DNA of 64,000 bases from Leptonemataceae bacterium (GTDB lineage: Bacteria > Spirochaetota > Leptospiria > Leptospirales > Leptonemataceae): positions 4,352,001-4,416,000 of the forward strand of contig OZ245742.1 of the NCBI GenBank assembly GCA_965227295.1. The letters run 5' to 3'. The position numbers and the translations under genes are program-made. A model generated the notes under the pieces. That model was not told the origin of the DNA and did no database searches. It saw only the letters and a program-made list of their open reading frames with translations. Of this stretch, positions 1-9,496 are shown piece by piece (the first letter of the stretch is position 1; every line of letters begins with the position of its first letter).

Positions 1-642
1 TTCGATCGTGAACTGCCCGCGTATCTGTATCGCACGAACAAAGAAGAGTTCGCCATGCTCATGCTCACGTTTGCGATTACGTTCATCTTCGGCATCGTTC
101 CGGGCATCGGGGCCGGCGTCCTCGTTTCGCTGCTGCTGCTCATTCGTCGCACCACGTCTCCGCACTACGCCGTACTGGGCCGCATCCCCGGCACCACCGA
201 CTATCGGAACGTCCGACGCTTCGGCGACCTGGACACAAGCCCGGAGATCCTGGTCTTCCGCTACGACGCTCAGTTATTTTTTGCCAACATCGACCACTTT
301 CTGGAGAGCCTGCGAAAACAAATTCGTTGTCGGCCGGGACTGCAACTGGTCCTTTTGCATTGTGGTTCCATCCACTTCGTCGATTCCACCGCCCTGAGTG
401 AACTGCGCCGGCTCATCGCGGACTTACACAAGCAGGACATCGAAGTCTACTTCACGGCGCTCATCGGACCTGTACGGGATTTCTTTCGGCGCACGGGATT
501 CTTCGAGGAGATCGGTGAGGACAAGTTTTTCCTGCAACCCCAGCAGGCTGTGGACGCTTTCGGCCGCGGCGGATTCACCGGGCCGCGGGAACGTGATCTC
601 ATCTTACGTGCTTCGCAGTCCGGCGTGTTTCGAGAAAATTAG
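1..642 (+). CDS. SulP-family anion transporter, C-terminal part (last TM helices + STAS domain); 5'-truncated by the window edge
   Basis: Hydrophobic helices followed by PHYAVLGR..., 'FRYDAQLFFAN' and 'VDSTAL' STAS motifs. Confidence 0.9.
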   Translation, partial: FDRELPAYLYRTNKEEFAMLMLTFAITFIFGIVPGIGAGVLVSLLLLIRRTTSPHYAVLGRIPGTTDYRNVRRFGDLDTSPEILVFRYDAQLFFANIDHFLESLRKQIRCRPGLQLVLLHCGSIHFVDSTALSELRRLIADLHKQDIEVYFTALIGPVRDFFRRTGFFEEIGEDKFFLQPQQAVDAFGRGGFTGPRERDLILRASQSGVFREN

Positions 643-1244
643 TGCGCTGGAATGTACCCGCCGTCCATGGCGGCGATACGCTTCCGATCGCTGAGATAGT
701 CCAGTCTCAGGTTTGACGGCAATGCACGCCACCGGCATGGCTGGATTTTGAGCCTTCGTTCGTATCGATTCTGGTGTATATACAGTCTTTCTGAGTATTG
801 AAGGTAAGAGGGGTAGTTCGCATCATAGTTCTCCAGAGAATTTGTAGGAACTCCGACAAATTTCTTCGCACCCCCCGCGGCTTCCAATCGGAGCAACCAT
901 GTAAAAAGAAAGCAGCGAGACATTCCGAGAAAAGCCGCAATCTGGCCAAGCTCGACCCAGATCTCGTTTTCGATGCGGAATGAGACACGAACGGGCTGAA
1001 GACCGGCGGTTTGGTAACAGCGCTTCACGCCGCCGGCCTGTGGAATACCGTAGGCGAGGCAGGTGGCACGATACTTACGCACAAGGACTCGCAGGTATTT
1101 GGACATGCCATAGCCCTTGAGTTCCAGGATCCGTTGTAGGTCCTCATGTAAGTTAGCGGGGACCAACAACGTACAGGGTGTGTTCGGCCTGCTCCTGGCA
1201 GATCGAACGAATGTGAGATTACTGTGAAATCTAAGCTGAAGCAT
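639..1244 (-). CDS. DUF1564-like (Leptospira-type) protein, possibly ribbon-helix-helix DNA-binding
   Basis: Motifs 'TLLVP', 'YQ..G', 'VSFRI..EIWVELGQIAAFLGMSRCFLFTWLL.LE', 'GVPT' match my recollection of DUF1564; start chosen at ATG 1244 because the upstream part of the ORF overlaps the next gene. Confidence 0.7.
   Translation of the reverse strand: MLQLRFHSNLTFVRSARSRPNTPCTLLVPANLHEDLQRILELKGYGMSKYLRVLVRKYRATCLAYGIPQAGGVKRCYQTAGLQPVRVSFRIENEIWVELGQIAAFLGMSRCFLFTWLLRLEAAGGAKKFVGVPTNSLENYDANYPSYLQYSERLYIHQNRYERRLKIQPCRWRALPSNLRLDYLSDRKRIAAMDGGYIPAH
843..858. repeat. Palindrome copy TGTAGGAACTCCGACA (1 mismatch to TGTAGGAACTCCTACA), inside the DUF1564-like gene
   Basis: Read directly; the dyad extends to AATTTGTAGGA-AC-TCCGACAAATT (839-862). 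Confidence 0.7.
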
Positions 1245-1329
1245 GTGTGGACTCTCCGGGATTTTAGGGAGGTATCCAGATATCCGGATCGTTCCGGAGA
1301 ATTTGCCTGTGCATCTAAAAAAAGTACCG

Positions 1330-1345
1330 TGTAGGAACTTCGACA
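1330..1345. repeat. Palindrome copy TGTAGGAACTTCGACA (2 mismatches), ~85 bp upstream of the DUF1564-like start
   Basis: Read directly. Confidence 0.6.
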
Positions 1346-1363
1346 TATAGACCGCCGACGGCC

Positions 1364-2332
1364 CTAAGCCGCGTCTGCCGGCCGCAATTGCCGACGCAAA
1401 AACTCGACAATCCCTATCAAGGAACCAAAGAATACGGCCTGGCTCGCGAAGATCACAGCCAGGATGAGTCTCCAATCGTCCGGCGCATTCTCCAGCATGG
1501 CCGCATCTCCCGCCAGAACTTCCACAATGATCATCCACGGGAAAGCGATGAGAACGACGTAGATATTCGCAAACAAAGCAAACGAGCTGGCCCAGGCGCA
1601 GAGTGCCACATAAGCGCCGATCCGCAGACGCATCAGCATGAGAATGTCCCCCAGCCAGCCGCCACCGAGGACCAGAGCACCGGCGACCAGGTAGGCGTCC
1701 GGCAATTCAGCGCGTTCCGCATACAGGATGAAGGCCGTAACGATGCGCAGACAGATCGCGGCGAACAAAAGCAGAGACACGGCAATTCCATTCGCCCTGC
1801 GCGCTCCGCCATACGCAATCAGCCGGTAGTCGTCCGAAAGTCGATGCAGGTGATTCCACCATTCGAACGGAGCCGGCAATCGGAGCGCAAACGTGTGCAG
1901 AAATACGAGCAGCCAGGCATACAGGTACGGCACTGCCAGCGCGCCGTGTAAGACCGGTGCCGGCAGTAAACGTTCCTGATCGTCCCGGCCGAAGAACAAA
2001 CCCGCAAAGGTATGAACAAGGATCCCGAAATAAATCACTATCATTGGGAACATGATGTACGGTGCCGCAACAAACCGCGCCACTACCGCAATGGACGCCA
2101 CCAGGGACACGCCGGCCAGGAACCAGGCAAAGCCGAAGCGCGTTCCTTCTTCGTTCGACTCCAGCCACAAGACGTCATTCCAGGAAAGATACGCCCCATA
2201 AGCCTGCAACCCCACATTCAAGACGGCAACACCGATGACGATACAAAACGCAAAATACGAAAGCGAGATGCGTCGCGTCTCACTTGCCTTCAGATGATCC
2301 CCGGGAGAAAACGGATTCTCGGAGCGCGACAT
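1364..2332 (-). CDS. Polytopic membrane protein, hypothetical
   Basis: Many hydrophobic segments; ATGA overlap with the stop of the upstream Omp85-family gene. Confidence 0.75.
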   Translation of the reverse strand: MSRSENPFSPGDHLKASETRRISLSYFAFCIVIGVAVLNVGLQAYGAYLSWNDVLWLESNEEGTRFGFAWFLAGVSLVASIAVVARFVAAPYIMFPMIVIYFGILVHTFAGLFFGRDDQERLLPAPVLHGALAVPYLYAWLLVFLHTFALRLPAPFEWWNHLHRLSDDYRLIAYGGARRANGIAVSLLLFAAICLRIVTAFILYAERAELPDAYLVAGALVLGGGWLGDILMLMRLRIGAYVALCAWASSFALFANIYVVLIAFPWMIIVEVLAGDAAMLENAPDDWRLILAVIFASQAVFFGSLIGIVEFLRRQLRPADAA

Positions 2333-5300
2333 CAAAAATTAAACCCCACGGAAAAGACGCCCTTCCATTTGCGCGGGGGATCGCTGGTCTTGAAATCGTA
2401 CGGCGTCGCCCACTCGATCTTCATCACCGCCCCGGGAATCACGAACCACATGAAGTTCTGCCAGTGAATGCCGACGCCGTACGAGGCGTATAGATCCCGC
2501 GTGGAGTTCGCGTCCGAGTCGTAGGCCTGGTACGTATCACTGTCGTCGAAGGCGGAGCCGGCGTCCACAAACAGTACGCCCTGGATGCCGCCCGGCGACC
2601 ACTCCGCGGGAAAACCGAACAGGATGTATTTCACGAACGGCACGCGCAACTCCACGTTCGAAAAGAACGCGTGACGACCTTCGAATTCCTGAAAGTCGTA
2701 ACCGCGAATCGTCGCATAACCGCCGATGCGAAAGGGATAATCCGTGGCGTCGCCGCCGGTCACGGAGCCGCCGAACAAACGCCAGTGAAACGTCCAGCCG
2801 TTCTCGAACCAGTGGTGCAGGCGATACTCTGCGGCCAGAGCATAGACCTCGCGTTCGATACCGAGCGGACGTAACGGCACACCGTACGAAAAAAAGATGC
2901 CGTGACCGTCCAGCGCCCCGTAACGCCCGTACACCGTGTTGTCGAAACGATAGGACAACGAAACCTGATAATGATTTACAAAGACGTCCTCTTGCTCGCG
3001 TTCCTCCGGCAGGCGCCGCCGAAAGATGCGTTCCTCCCGCCCCTGCTCGAACGCCAGGGTCAGGCTGCCGAACTTGTGCAGCGGGTACTCCACGCCGCCA
3101 TAAACGCCGTACACATCCTGGTCCAGCACGCGAAAGTACGGATTATAGAGAATGTTGTTTAAGCTGAGATCGTAGAAAGTTTGCACCGGAAAGGCCCCGG
3201 ACTGCCGATAGACCCCGGCGAAGAAATCCGGTCTTAACTTTAAATACGAGTATCTTAGGTCCAGGGACCATTCCGGCGGGGCCTCCCCGTAACCCAGCAG
3301 CGTAAACAACCGATGGTCACCGGCGTCGTCGGCGAACTGCGCCGCGGCGATGCCGGCAATGCGGGTCTCTCCGTCGGCGTCGCTGCCGCCGCCCACGAGG
3401 ACAAACGGAAAACCCTCGAAGGACAGCGCCGGTCGGTACTCCCGGCCGAAGTCCAGGTACTCCGGCGCCTCGTCGAGCACGACGTTCGCGAGCGGCGAAC
3501 GATACAGCGCGGGATCGAACGTCCGCGTCTCCGGGTCCAACGGCGTCGCCGCGCTGATTCGCCGCGGGTTTTCCGAACGCCGGCCGTCGGCCCCAAGGCC
3601 CGCCGGAAGATAGACGAGTTCCAGGGCCCCGTCGCGGCGTTCGGTGAAGGCCAGGCCCTCGCACTCCTCCGGAACGGCGACCGAGTCCGCTGCATCATCC
3701 TCCTGCGTGACAATCTCGCAGCGCCCGGCCATGACAAGGGACGCGTGGACAACTCCCGTCGCCGACTGCGTGAGCGGTTGCACATCCTCGGCGACGACTG
3801 CGACGCTTCGCACGCTCGCGTTTTCCAGGCGGTAGAGGTTGCGCACGCCGCTGTGATCGCTGGTGAAGATCAGACTGTCTCCCTCCGCCGGAAGCGGCGC
3901 CTCCGCTCTCCCGGGAAGATCCGTCAGCAGATTGCGGCTTAAGTATCGTTCATTTGCATTTAGCCACGAACCGTCGTCCGCGCGCAGACGCAGGCGCACA
4001 AGATCCCGGCGACCGGGCGCGTCACGGCCGACGCTGAAGAAGACAAAGCGGCCGTCGTTCGAAAGCCGGGCATCGCTCTCGTACGCGTCATCATCCGTCA
4101 GCCGCCGTAATGTTCCGTCACTCAAAGTTAGTACAAACAGATCCGACCGCCCGCGAGTGACGCCGGTGAACACCACCGACTGCCCGTCCGGACCGAACAC
4201 GGGATACTGCATGGCATCGAAGGGCGGCCGGAGCGCGCGGATCACGCTTTCTTCCCGAACGTCGACGATCAACAGCGCCTGCTCGCCGGCGAAACGACCG
4301 GCGACCAGCAGAAACCGGCCGTCCGGAGACCAGCTCAATCGCGTGGTGAGCGGCTGGTACTCCTCGTAACGTTTCGAACGTAACGCCTTGACGACAATCA
4401 CGGTCTCATCCAGTTGATCGGGACTGACGTCGGGACCCGGCGCCGGACGCACCACGATCGAAGGAAAGATGCCCGTCGCCGAGATGTACGCGATGGACTT
4501 GCCGTCCGGAGACAACGCCGGATGCAGATGAAAACCGATGCGATCACTCAGCGGGCCGTCGGGATCGAAACGCAGGGACACCGGCCGCATCCGCGCGTCG
4601 TTCTGTTGCAACGCGGCCCGGGCCGGCGCGTAGCGATCATACCAATAATCCACGAACGCGAGGTCGAACTCCTCGGGTGTCATATCAAAAGCCGAGTGAT
4701 ACGCCGTGCGCGGATCCCGGAGCGCCGCGATCTCCTTCACGAAAAATTCCACCCGCTCCCGGCCGAAGCGCTCCTCGATAAACACAAACACGGCCTGGCC
4801 CATCTTGTAAAACGCGTAACCCGACCGGACGCGACCGGCTTCCAGGTCGGCAATGGACGGCAGCTTTCCGTGCAACGCCAGGTCACGCACGAACACCTCC
4901 GCCGAAGCGTCCCAGCCCAGCGTCAAATACTCGCACAGCCCTTCCATCAACCACAACGGATAGAGATCGTAGCGCGGGCCGATGAATACATCGAACTGGA
5001 AGGCGTGGGCAATCTCATGCGAAAGAACATGACGCAGGCTCTCGTAGTCGCCGTTGAACGGGACGACCACGCGCCGCCGAAAAAAATCCGTAAAGCCGCC
5101 GGTGGACTCACCCGGCGAAAACGGCAGAATGTTCGTCGCCGAAAAGTCCTGGTTCGAAGCGTAGAGGAAGATCGGGATAACTTCCTGCATGCGATGGCCG
5201 AGCACGCGTCGAAAGCGCGCATGGGCTTCTTCCGCAATCACCGAAGCCCGTACGGCGACCTCTTCGTAGCCCGGGGGATAGTGAATCCGGAAGTGCTGTG

Positions 5301-5490
5301 TTTCGAGGACGTGCCACCGCGGAACCGGTGACGCCGGAATCTTCCAGTGTTGCGCCGGAAGCTGTGACGGCAGTGCCAACAGAAAGGTCGCAACGAGACC
5401 CGGCAGGAATAGACGATAGAACTTGACCGAAAAGGATCGGCGGTCAGCCTGACAGTCTGTGCGCCAGCGAGGAACCTTCCGCCGCATCAT
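2332..5490 (-). CDS. Omp85/BamA-superfamily protein: N-terminal zinc metallopeptidase-like domain, TolB/PD40 beta-propeller, C-terminal beta-barrel (start uncertain)
   Basis: HEIAH...EGLCE gluzincin-type motif; repeated 'SPDG' PD40 motifs; 'IRGY' barrel-loop motif; C-terminal 'FSVGFNF' beta-signal. Confidence 0.8.
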   Translation of the reverse strand: MMRRKVPRWRTDCQADRRSFSVKFYRLFLPGLVATFLLALPSQLPAQHWKIPASPVPRWHVLETQHFRIHYPPGYEEVAVRASVIAEEAHARFRRVLGHRMQEVIPIFLYASNQDFSATNILPFSPGESTGGFTDFFRRRVVVPFNGDYESLRHVLSHEIAHAFQFDVFIGPRYDLYPLWLMEGLCEYLTLGWDASAEVFVRDLALHGKLPSIADLEAGRVRSGYAFYKMGQAVFVFIEERFGRERVEFFVKEIAALRDPRTAYHSAFDMTPEEFDLAFVDYWYDRYAPARAALQQNDARMRPVSLRFDPDGPLSDRIGFHLHPALSPDGKSIAYISATGIFPSIVVRPAPGPDVSPDQLDETVIVVKALRSKRYEEYQPLTTRLSWSPDGRFLLVAGRFAGEQALLIVDVREESVIRALRPPFDAMQYPVFGPDGQSVVFTGVTRGRSDLFVLTLSDGTLRRLTDDDAYESDARLSNDGRFVFFSVGRDAPGRRDLVRLRLRADDGSWLNANERYLSRNLLTDLPGRAEAPLPAEGDSLIFTSDHSGVRNLYRLENASVRSVAVVAEDVQPLTQSATGVVHASLVMAGRCEIVTQEDDAADSVAVPEECEGLAFTERRDGALELVYLPAGLGADGRRSENPRRISAATPLDPETRTFDPALYRSPLANVVLDEAPEYLDFGREYRPALSFEGFPFVLVGGGSDADGETRIAGIAAAQFADDAGDHRLFTLLGYGEAPPEWSLDLRYSYLKLRPDFFAGVYRQSGAFPVQTFYDLSLNNILYNPYFRVLDQDVYGVYGGVEYPLHKFGSLTLAFEQGREERIFRRRLPEEREQEDVFVNHYQVSLSYRFDNTVYGRYGALDGHGIFFSYGVPLRPLGIEREVYALAAEYRLHHWFENGWTFHWRLFGGSVTGGDATDYPFRIGGYATIRGYDFQEFEGRHAFFSNVELRVPFVKYILFGFPAEWSPGGIQGVLFVDAGSAFDDSDTYQAYDSDANSTRDLYASYGVGIHWQNFMWFVIPGAVMKIEWATPYDFKTSDPPRKWKGVFSVGFNF

Positions 5491-7891
5491 CACCATTGTC
5501 ATTCTGCTCGCCGTCGCGATTCCCGTCGTCCCGTACCTGCTTGAACAACGCATCGCCGCCGGCCTGAATACCGAAAGCATTCGCACCGAACTGGCGAACG
5601 CCGTGCACCGGCGCACCGGGCTGCATCTCCAGGTCCAGGGGCTGCGCTTCGATCTGCTACGCGGTATCGTTCTGAATGGAGCCGCTTTTTACGAGGAAAA
5701 AACCGACGATGAGCGGCAAGCACCGAACGCCGCGGACGTCGAACGCGTGTACCTCGTCCGCGCCGAGAAGGTCTATCTGGTCTTTTCCCTGCTCGATTAC
5801 TTCCGCGGCCTGCCGCCGGTATACGAGATCCGCCTGGAAGAAGGTCGCTGGAATTCCATGCACCGCCGTCCGTCCGGCTGGTGGGATCTGTTCACGGAAT
5901 CCCTCACCCGGTCCCCGGAACCCGGCGCCGCCACGGATCCACGCAACGATGCGGCGGCCGACTATCTTCGCGACGATGTGCGCATTCGCCTCCGCGATCT
6001 GCGCATCGATCTCGAAGGCTGGAACCCCGGCCGCAACGTCCAGGCGCCGCGGCTCCGCTTCGACCTCACCTACGAACACAACCCCGAAGGCGGCGGTCAC
6101 ATACAAATGGAGATCCGTGCCGAACAGGAGCTCGGCGGCCGACTGCGCGCCCACGGTTCCTTCGATGCCCGGGGCGCCGGCCGATTGCACTTCAGCATCG
6201 AAGACATGAAACTCGAAGGCCTGGCCGCCGCCATCGACGATACGCCGCTCGTGCCCGTGGAACTGGCCGGCGACGACGCCCCGCTGCGAATCCGCGGCGG
6301 GGAACTGAACGGCGAGGGATCCTTCGACTCCTACGTCACGCCGCCGGGGGGCGAGGAAGCGGTACAAAGATCCATCGGTCTGAACTTTACGGGACGCTAT
6401 CGGCGCACGGGGTTGAGCGCCGGCGACGGCGAAAACACCCTGGTTGCCATCGAAGAGACCGGCGGACGCATTCATTACAACGGGGGCTACATCCCCGACC
6501 CGGGAGAAGGCCGACACCGCGACGAACACACCGGCGCCTACTTCGAACTGAGCGTGGAAAGCCGACGGGACCCCGGCGGCCGACGCCCCTACACACTGGA
6601 CGTTGCGCACTACGATCTGCCCCTGGAAAGCCGGCGCGGCGAAGACCAGGCCTACCTGAGTTTTCGTGGCAAGCTTTTAGCCAGCGAGAGTTTGCAGGTA
6701 AAGGGATTCAGCGCGGGAGAGCTGGAGTTCGACCTGCGCTTCGACCGGCCGTTCACACGACCGCGCTACGGAGTACAGGAAAGCTATCCGCGCGGCAGCC
6801 TGCGCATCAGCGGCGCCCGGCCGGAACTGCTGGACTTCGCCAGGGCTCCCGGCAGCGACGAGGGAGCACCGCCGCTATTGATTCAGAGCGCAAACCTTAC
6901 CCTGGAACCGGGCAACGACGAACGCCGGCCGGAAGCGACGCTCAAGGGCAACGTGCAGGCCACTCTGCTGGGCGGCAAACTGGAGGCCGACGTCAGCGGA
7001 ACGGCGAAGTTGCTCTACGGCCCCGGCCCCGCGGGCGGTCCGTCAGCGTATCGCATAGCAGTCGACGGCGAGTTCGACAGCAGCCTGGACTCCCTGTCCG
7101 TGACGGACCTGGTCAACGTGATCTACGACGGCCATCGGAGCATCCACAGTACCGGAAGTAATTCCGAAACCCGCCGCGCCGAGGACCTCGGTCCCGTCTG
7201 GCACAACAAGTTTTACGAAAGCCCGCTCTATACCACGCTCATCGGCAACGTCGATCTGCGCGGGAACCTGACTGTCCGCAGCGCTCAGCCCCAGGGACTC
7301 TTGCCGCCCGGGCAAAACCTGAGCGCCCGCCTGTCCAACGGCTACCTGCGCATCGACAGCGACTCGGAGCAATTGGACTTCCGGTACGAAGCGAACTTCC
7401 AGGCCCTCCTGCCCCGCCAGGACTTTCAACTGCGCTGGCAGGTCCCCGAAAACCGGCAAGCCTTCCCGCGCTTTACCGGCAGCGAAAAACCGCCCGGCAG
7501 CATCGACCTGCGCTTCAGTTACGGCGGTGATGGGGTCCTGGCGGGAGACATGATTCAGCGATCATACAGCCGCTTCGAACTGGAAGCCGGGAACGTAAGC
7601 CTGGGCCGCCGGCCGACATTGGAAGCCATTCGCCTGCAGGCTGCGTTGCCGGCCGGCGAAACACATCTCGACCGCTTTCAAATCCTGCGCAGCACCGAGG
7701 GTGGCGCCGTAAGCCTGCGTGTCCGCGGCGACGCAAACGACCTGCAGGTCAGCGCCACCGGCGAGGCCATCATCGGTTACGGCGGCGAACTGGAAGTACG
7801 CTATTACATCGCCGACGGCGCCGAACGCGGGAACATGGAATTTCGCATCCACCCGAACGGGCGCTACGTCCCGCGCGCCGGAACTCTGTAA
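5459..7891 (+). CDS. Large periplasmic protein with N-terminal membrane anchor, AsmA/TamB-like
   Basis: 810 aa ORF; single N-terminal TM, then amphipathic helix and 'RRTGLHLQVQGLRFDLLRGIVLNG' AsmA-like start; beta-strand-rich remainder. Confidence 0.6.
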   Translation: MRQRGTFRRIITIVILLAVAIPVVPYLLEQRIAAGLNTESIRTELANAVHRRTGLHLQVQGLRFDLLRGIVLNGAAFYEEKTDDERQAPNAADVERVYLVRAEKVYLVFSLLDYFRGLPPVYEIRLEEGRWNSMHRRPSGWWDLFTESLTRSPEPGAATDPRNDAAADYLRDDVRIRLRDLRIDLEGWNPGRNVQAPRLRFDLTYEHNPEGGGHIQMEIRAEQELGGRLRAHGSFDARGAGRLHFSIEDMKLEGLAAAIDDTPLVPVELAGDDAPLRIRGGELNGEGSFDSYVTPPGGEEAVQRSIGLNFTGRYRRTGLSAGDGENTLVAIEETGGRIHYNGGYIPDPGEGRHRDEHTGAYFELSVESRRDPGGRRPYTLDVAHYDLPLESRRGEDQAYLSFRGKLLASESLQVKGFSAGELEFDLRFDRPFTRPRYGVQESYPRGSLRISGARPELLDFARAPGSDEGAPPLLIQSANLTLEPGNDERRPEATLKGNVQATLLGGKLEADVSGTAKLLYGPGPAGGPSAYRIAVDGEFDSSLDSLSVTDLVNVIYDGHRSIHSTGSNSETRRAEDLGPVWHNKFYESPLYTTLIGNVDLRGNLTVRSAQPQGLLPPGQNLSARLSNGYLRIDSDSEQLDFRYEANFQALLPRQDFQLRWQVPENRQAFPRFTGSEKPPGSIDLRFSYGGDGVLAGDMIQRSYSRFELEAGNVSLGRRPTLEAIRLQAALPAGETHLDRFQILRSTEGGAVSLRVRGDANDLQVSATGEAIIGYGGELEVRYYIADGAERGNMEFRIHPNGRYVPRAGTL

Positions 7892-8046
7892 CAGTATTTC
7901 GTATGAACTCAAGAACTATTAAAATAATTCATACGACATCAACGCGAAATTAATTATATTAAAGAAACTCGAAAAAAACTGTAAATCTTCTCAGACTCCC
8001 TGTTTACCGGCCTTGCCGTCGCATCGGCACTGTCCAGAGTGTCGTC

Positions 8047-8487
8047 GTGCGGGATATCGATGCCCTGATGCGCGAAATCGGCCCGTGGCTCAAAGAGCTG
8101 CGCCGGCGCAAAGGTGTATCTCAATCGCAGTTAAGCGAGGAGATGGCCGCCCGCTACGACATCCATCTCGAACCCAGTCGCTACTCGCAGATGGAACGCG
8201 GCAAAGAAGGCCCGCCGACGCTCAAAACCTTCCTGTCGATGATCGACTACTACAGTGCGGATCTGGCGACGCTCTTCGGCCCGTCCTCCCAGGGACAGAT
8301 CACCGGCCTCGACTTCGTCTTCACCGATCCGGTGCTTACCAGCGAGCTGCTGCAACTGCGGGATACCTGGGGCGAGGGAGAAGCCGCCCGCATCCTGCTA
8401 CAGTTATCGCGCCTCGTGAACTCTCTGAACGAGGGCGACGGGCGGGGACGCCGATATCGCGCCGCCCGCCCCGACGCTCCCGACTGA
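8047..8487 (+). CDS. XRE-family helix-turn-helix protein (paralogue 1)
   Basis: 'IGPWLKELRRRKGVSQSQLS...YSQMERGK..PTLKT' HTH_XRE pattern; GTG start. Confidence 0.8.
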   Translation: MRDIDALMREIGPWLKELRRRKGVSQSQLSEEMAARYDIHLEPSRYSQMERGKEGPPTLKTFLSMIDYYSADLATLFGPSSQGQITGLDFVFTDPVLTSELLQLRDTWGEGEAARILLQLSRLVNSLNEGDGRGRRYRAARPDAPD

Positions 8488-8691
8488 GCCGACGGGGCGG
8501 TAAGATCCTTCCAATCCCGCCGGGAACGGGATTATTCTTCCGTCAAACTGAAAATACTTTAATTTATTTAATAATATTGTGAACGAATCCAGGGCCTGAT
8601 TTAAGACTATTACACAAATTCGCACTTTTTCTTAGCTCAATTACAGTCTTGCATGACGGCCTGCTTGCCGGAATCATTTCGGGAAACGAAC

Positions 8692-9108
8692 ATGGCGTCT
8701 ATGGCCAAGTCCCTGGAACACATTGTCAAAAAGATCGGTGAGCGATTGCGCACCGTCCGTGAGACCAGGGGCAAGAACATGACCATCGCCAGGGAGATTC
8801 GCGAGACTTACGGCGTGAAGATCGATCCGTCGTATCTTTCGCGCATGGAACGCGGCAAGGCGGAGATCCCGCTCCGGACCCTGTTCGCCCTTTCCGATTA
8901 CTACGGCGTGGAAGTCGCCACGGTCATCGATCCCTCGGCTCAGGGCGACGCCGCGGGTATCGAGTACATCCTGGCCGATCCGGATCTCGTGCGTATGCTC
9001 ACGCATTTGCAGATGGAACTCGGCGACCAGAACGCCCGCCATCATCTCAAGCGCAGCATCGAACAGCTCCTGGAGCTCAGCAAGTCCCGCAAGCCGGAAG
9101 AAACGTAG
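8692..9108 (+). CDS. XRE-family helix-turn-helix protein (paralogue 2)
   Basis: 'IGERLRTVRE...YLSRMERGKAEIPLRTLFALSDYYGV'; start at 8692 or 8701. Confidence 0.85.
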   Translation: MASMAKSLEHIVKKIGERLRTVRETRGKNMTIAREIRETYGVKIDPSYLSRMERGKAEIPLRTLFALSDYYGVEVATVIDPSAQGDAAGIEYILADPDLVRMLTHLQMELGDQNARHHLKRSIEQLLELSKSRKPEET

Positions 9109-9119
9109 GAACTCCTACA
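9104..9119. repeat. Palindrome copy CGTAGGAACTCCTACA overlapping the XRE-2 stop codon
   Basis: GTAGGA-AC-TCCTAC perfect dyad. Confidence 0.8.
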
Positions 9120-9134
9120 CCCGGAATCCAGAAA

Positions 9135-9266
9135 TCTTCGCGTCAGCGATTGGAGCCGTGGCCGAAGGCCAGTCCGGAGCGAAGCGCAGGACCGAAGCGA
9201 AGCGTAGCGGCGGAAAGCGCGGTCGAAAGGCGCCTGGGCCTGGCGCCTTTCGAGACGCCCAAAAGA
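9135..9266 (+). repeat. Structured repeat unit A (Flavo-1-like)
   Basis: TCTTCGCGTCAGCGAT...AGCGCGGTC-hairpin-GACGCCCAAAA; shares its scaffold with units B-E. Confidence 0.85.
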
Positions 9267-9287
9267 CGAAAACAGAAGATTCAAAAT

Positions 9288-9425
9288 TCTTTTGGGCGTC
9301 TGCCCGGCCGCGCCGCGGTTGCGACCGGGCACCGCGCTACTCCGGGCTCCGGCTTCGCCTTCGGTCCCGGCCTTCGGCCGTGACTGTCGCTGCGCGCCAC
9401 CCTCCGTATCGCTGACGCGGAAGAG
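9288..9425 (-). repeat. Structured repeat unit B (Flavo-1-like), convergent with unit A
   Basis: Reverse complement reads CTCTTCCGCGTCAGCGATACGGAGGG...GGAGCCCGGAGTAGCGCGGTG...GACGCCCAAAAGA. Confidence 0.85.
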
Positions 9426-9496
9426 TCTAAGGCCGGAATCTTTCACTATTATCACTTGACCGATTCGCGGTCCGGGGGCCTGGATTCCCGCGGCGC

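Noticed and set aside
9135..9425. Possible CRISPR array or autonomous IS at the repeat cassettes
   Set aside because: No regularly spaced direct repeats with unique spacers, no cas genes and no transposase ORF
9042..9455. Short ORFs across the structured repeats (also 45354-45545 and 57530-57809)
   Set aside because: Products of GC-rich hairpin sequence with no protein-like features
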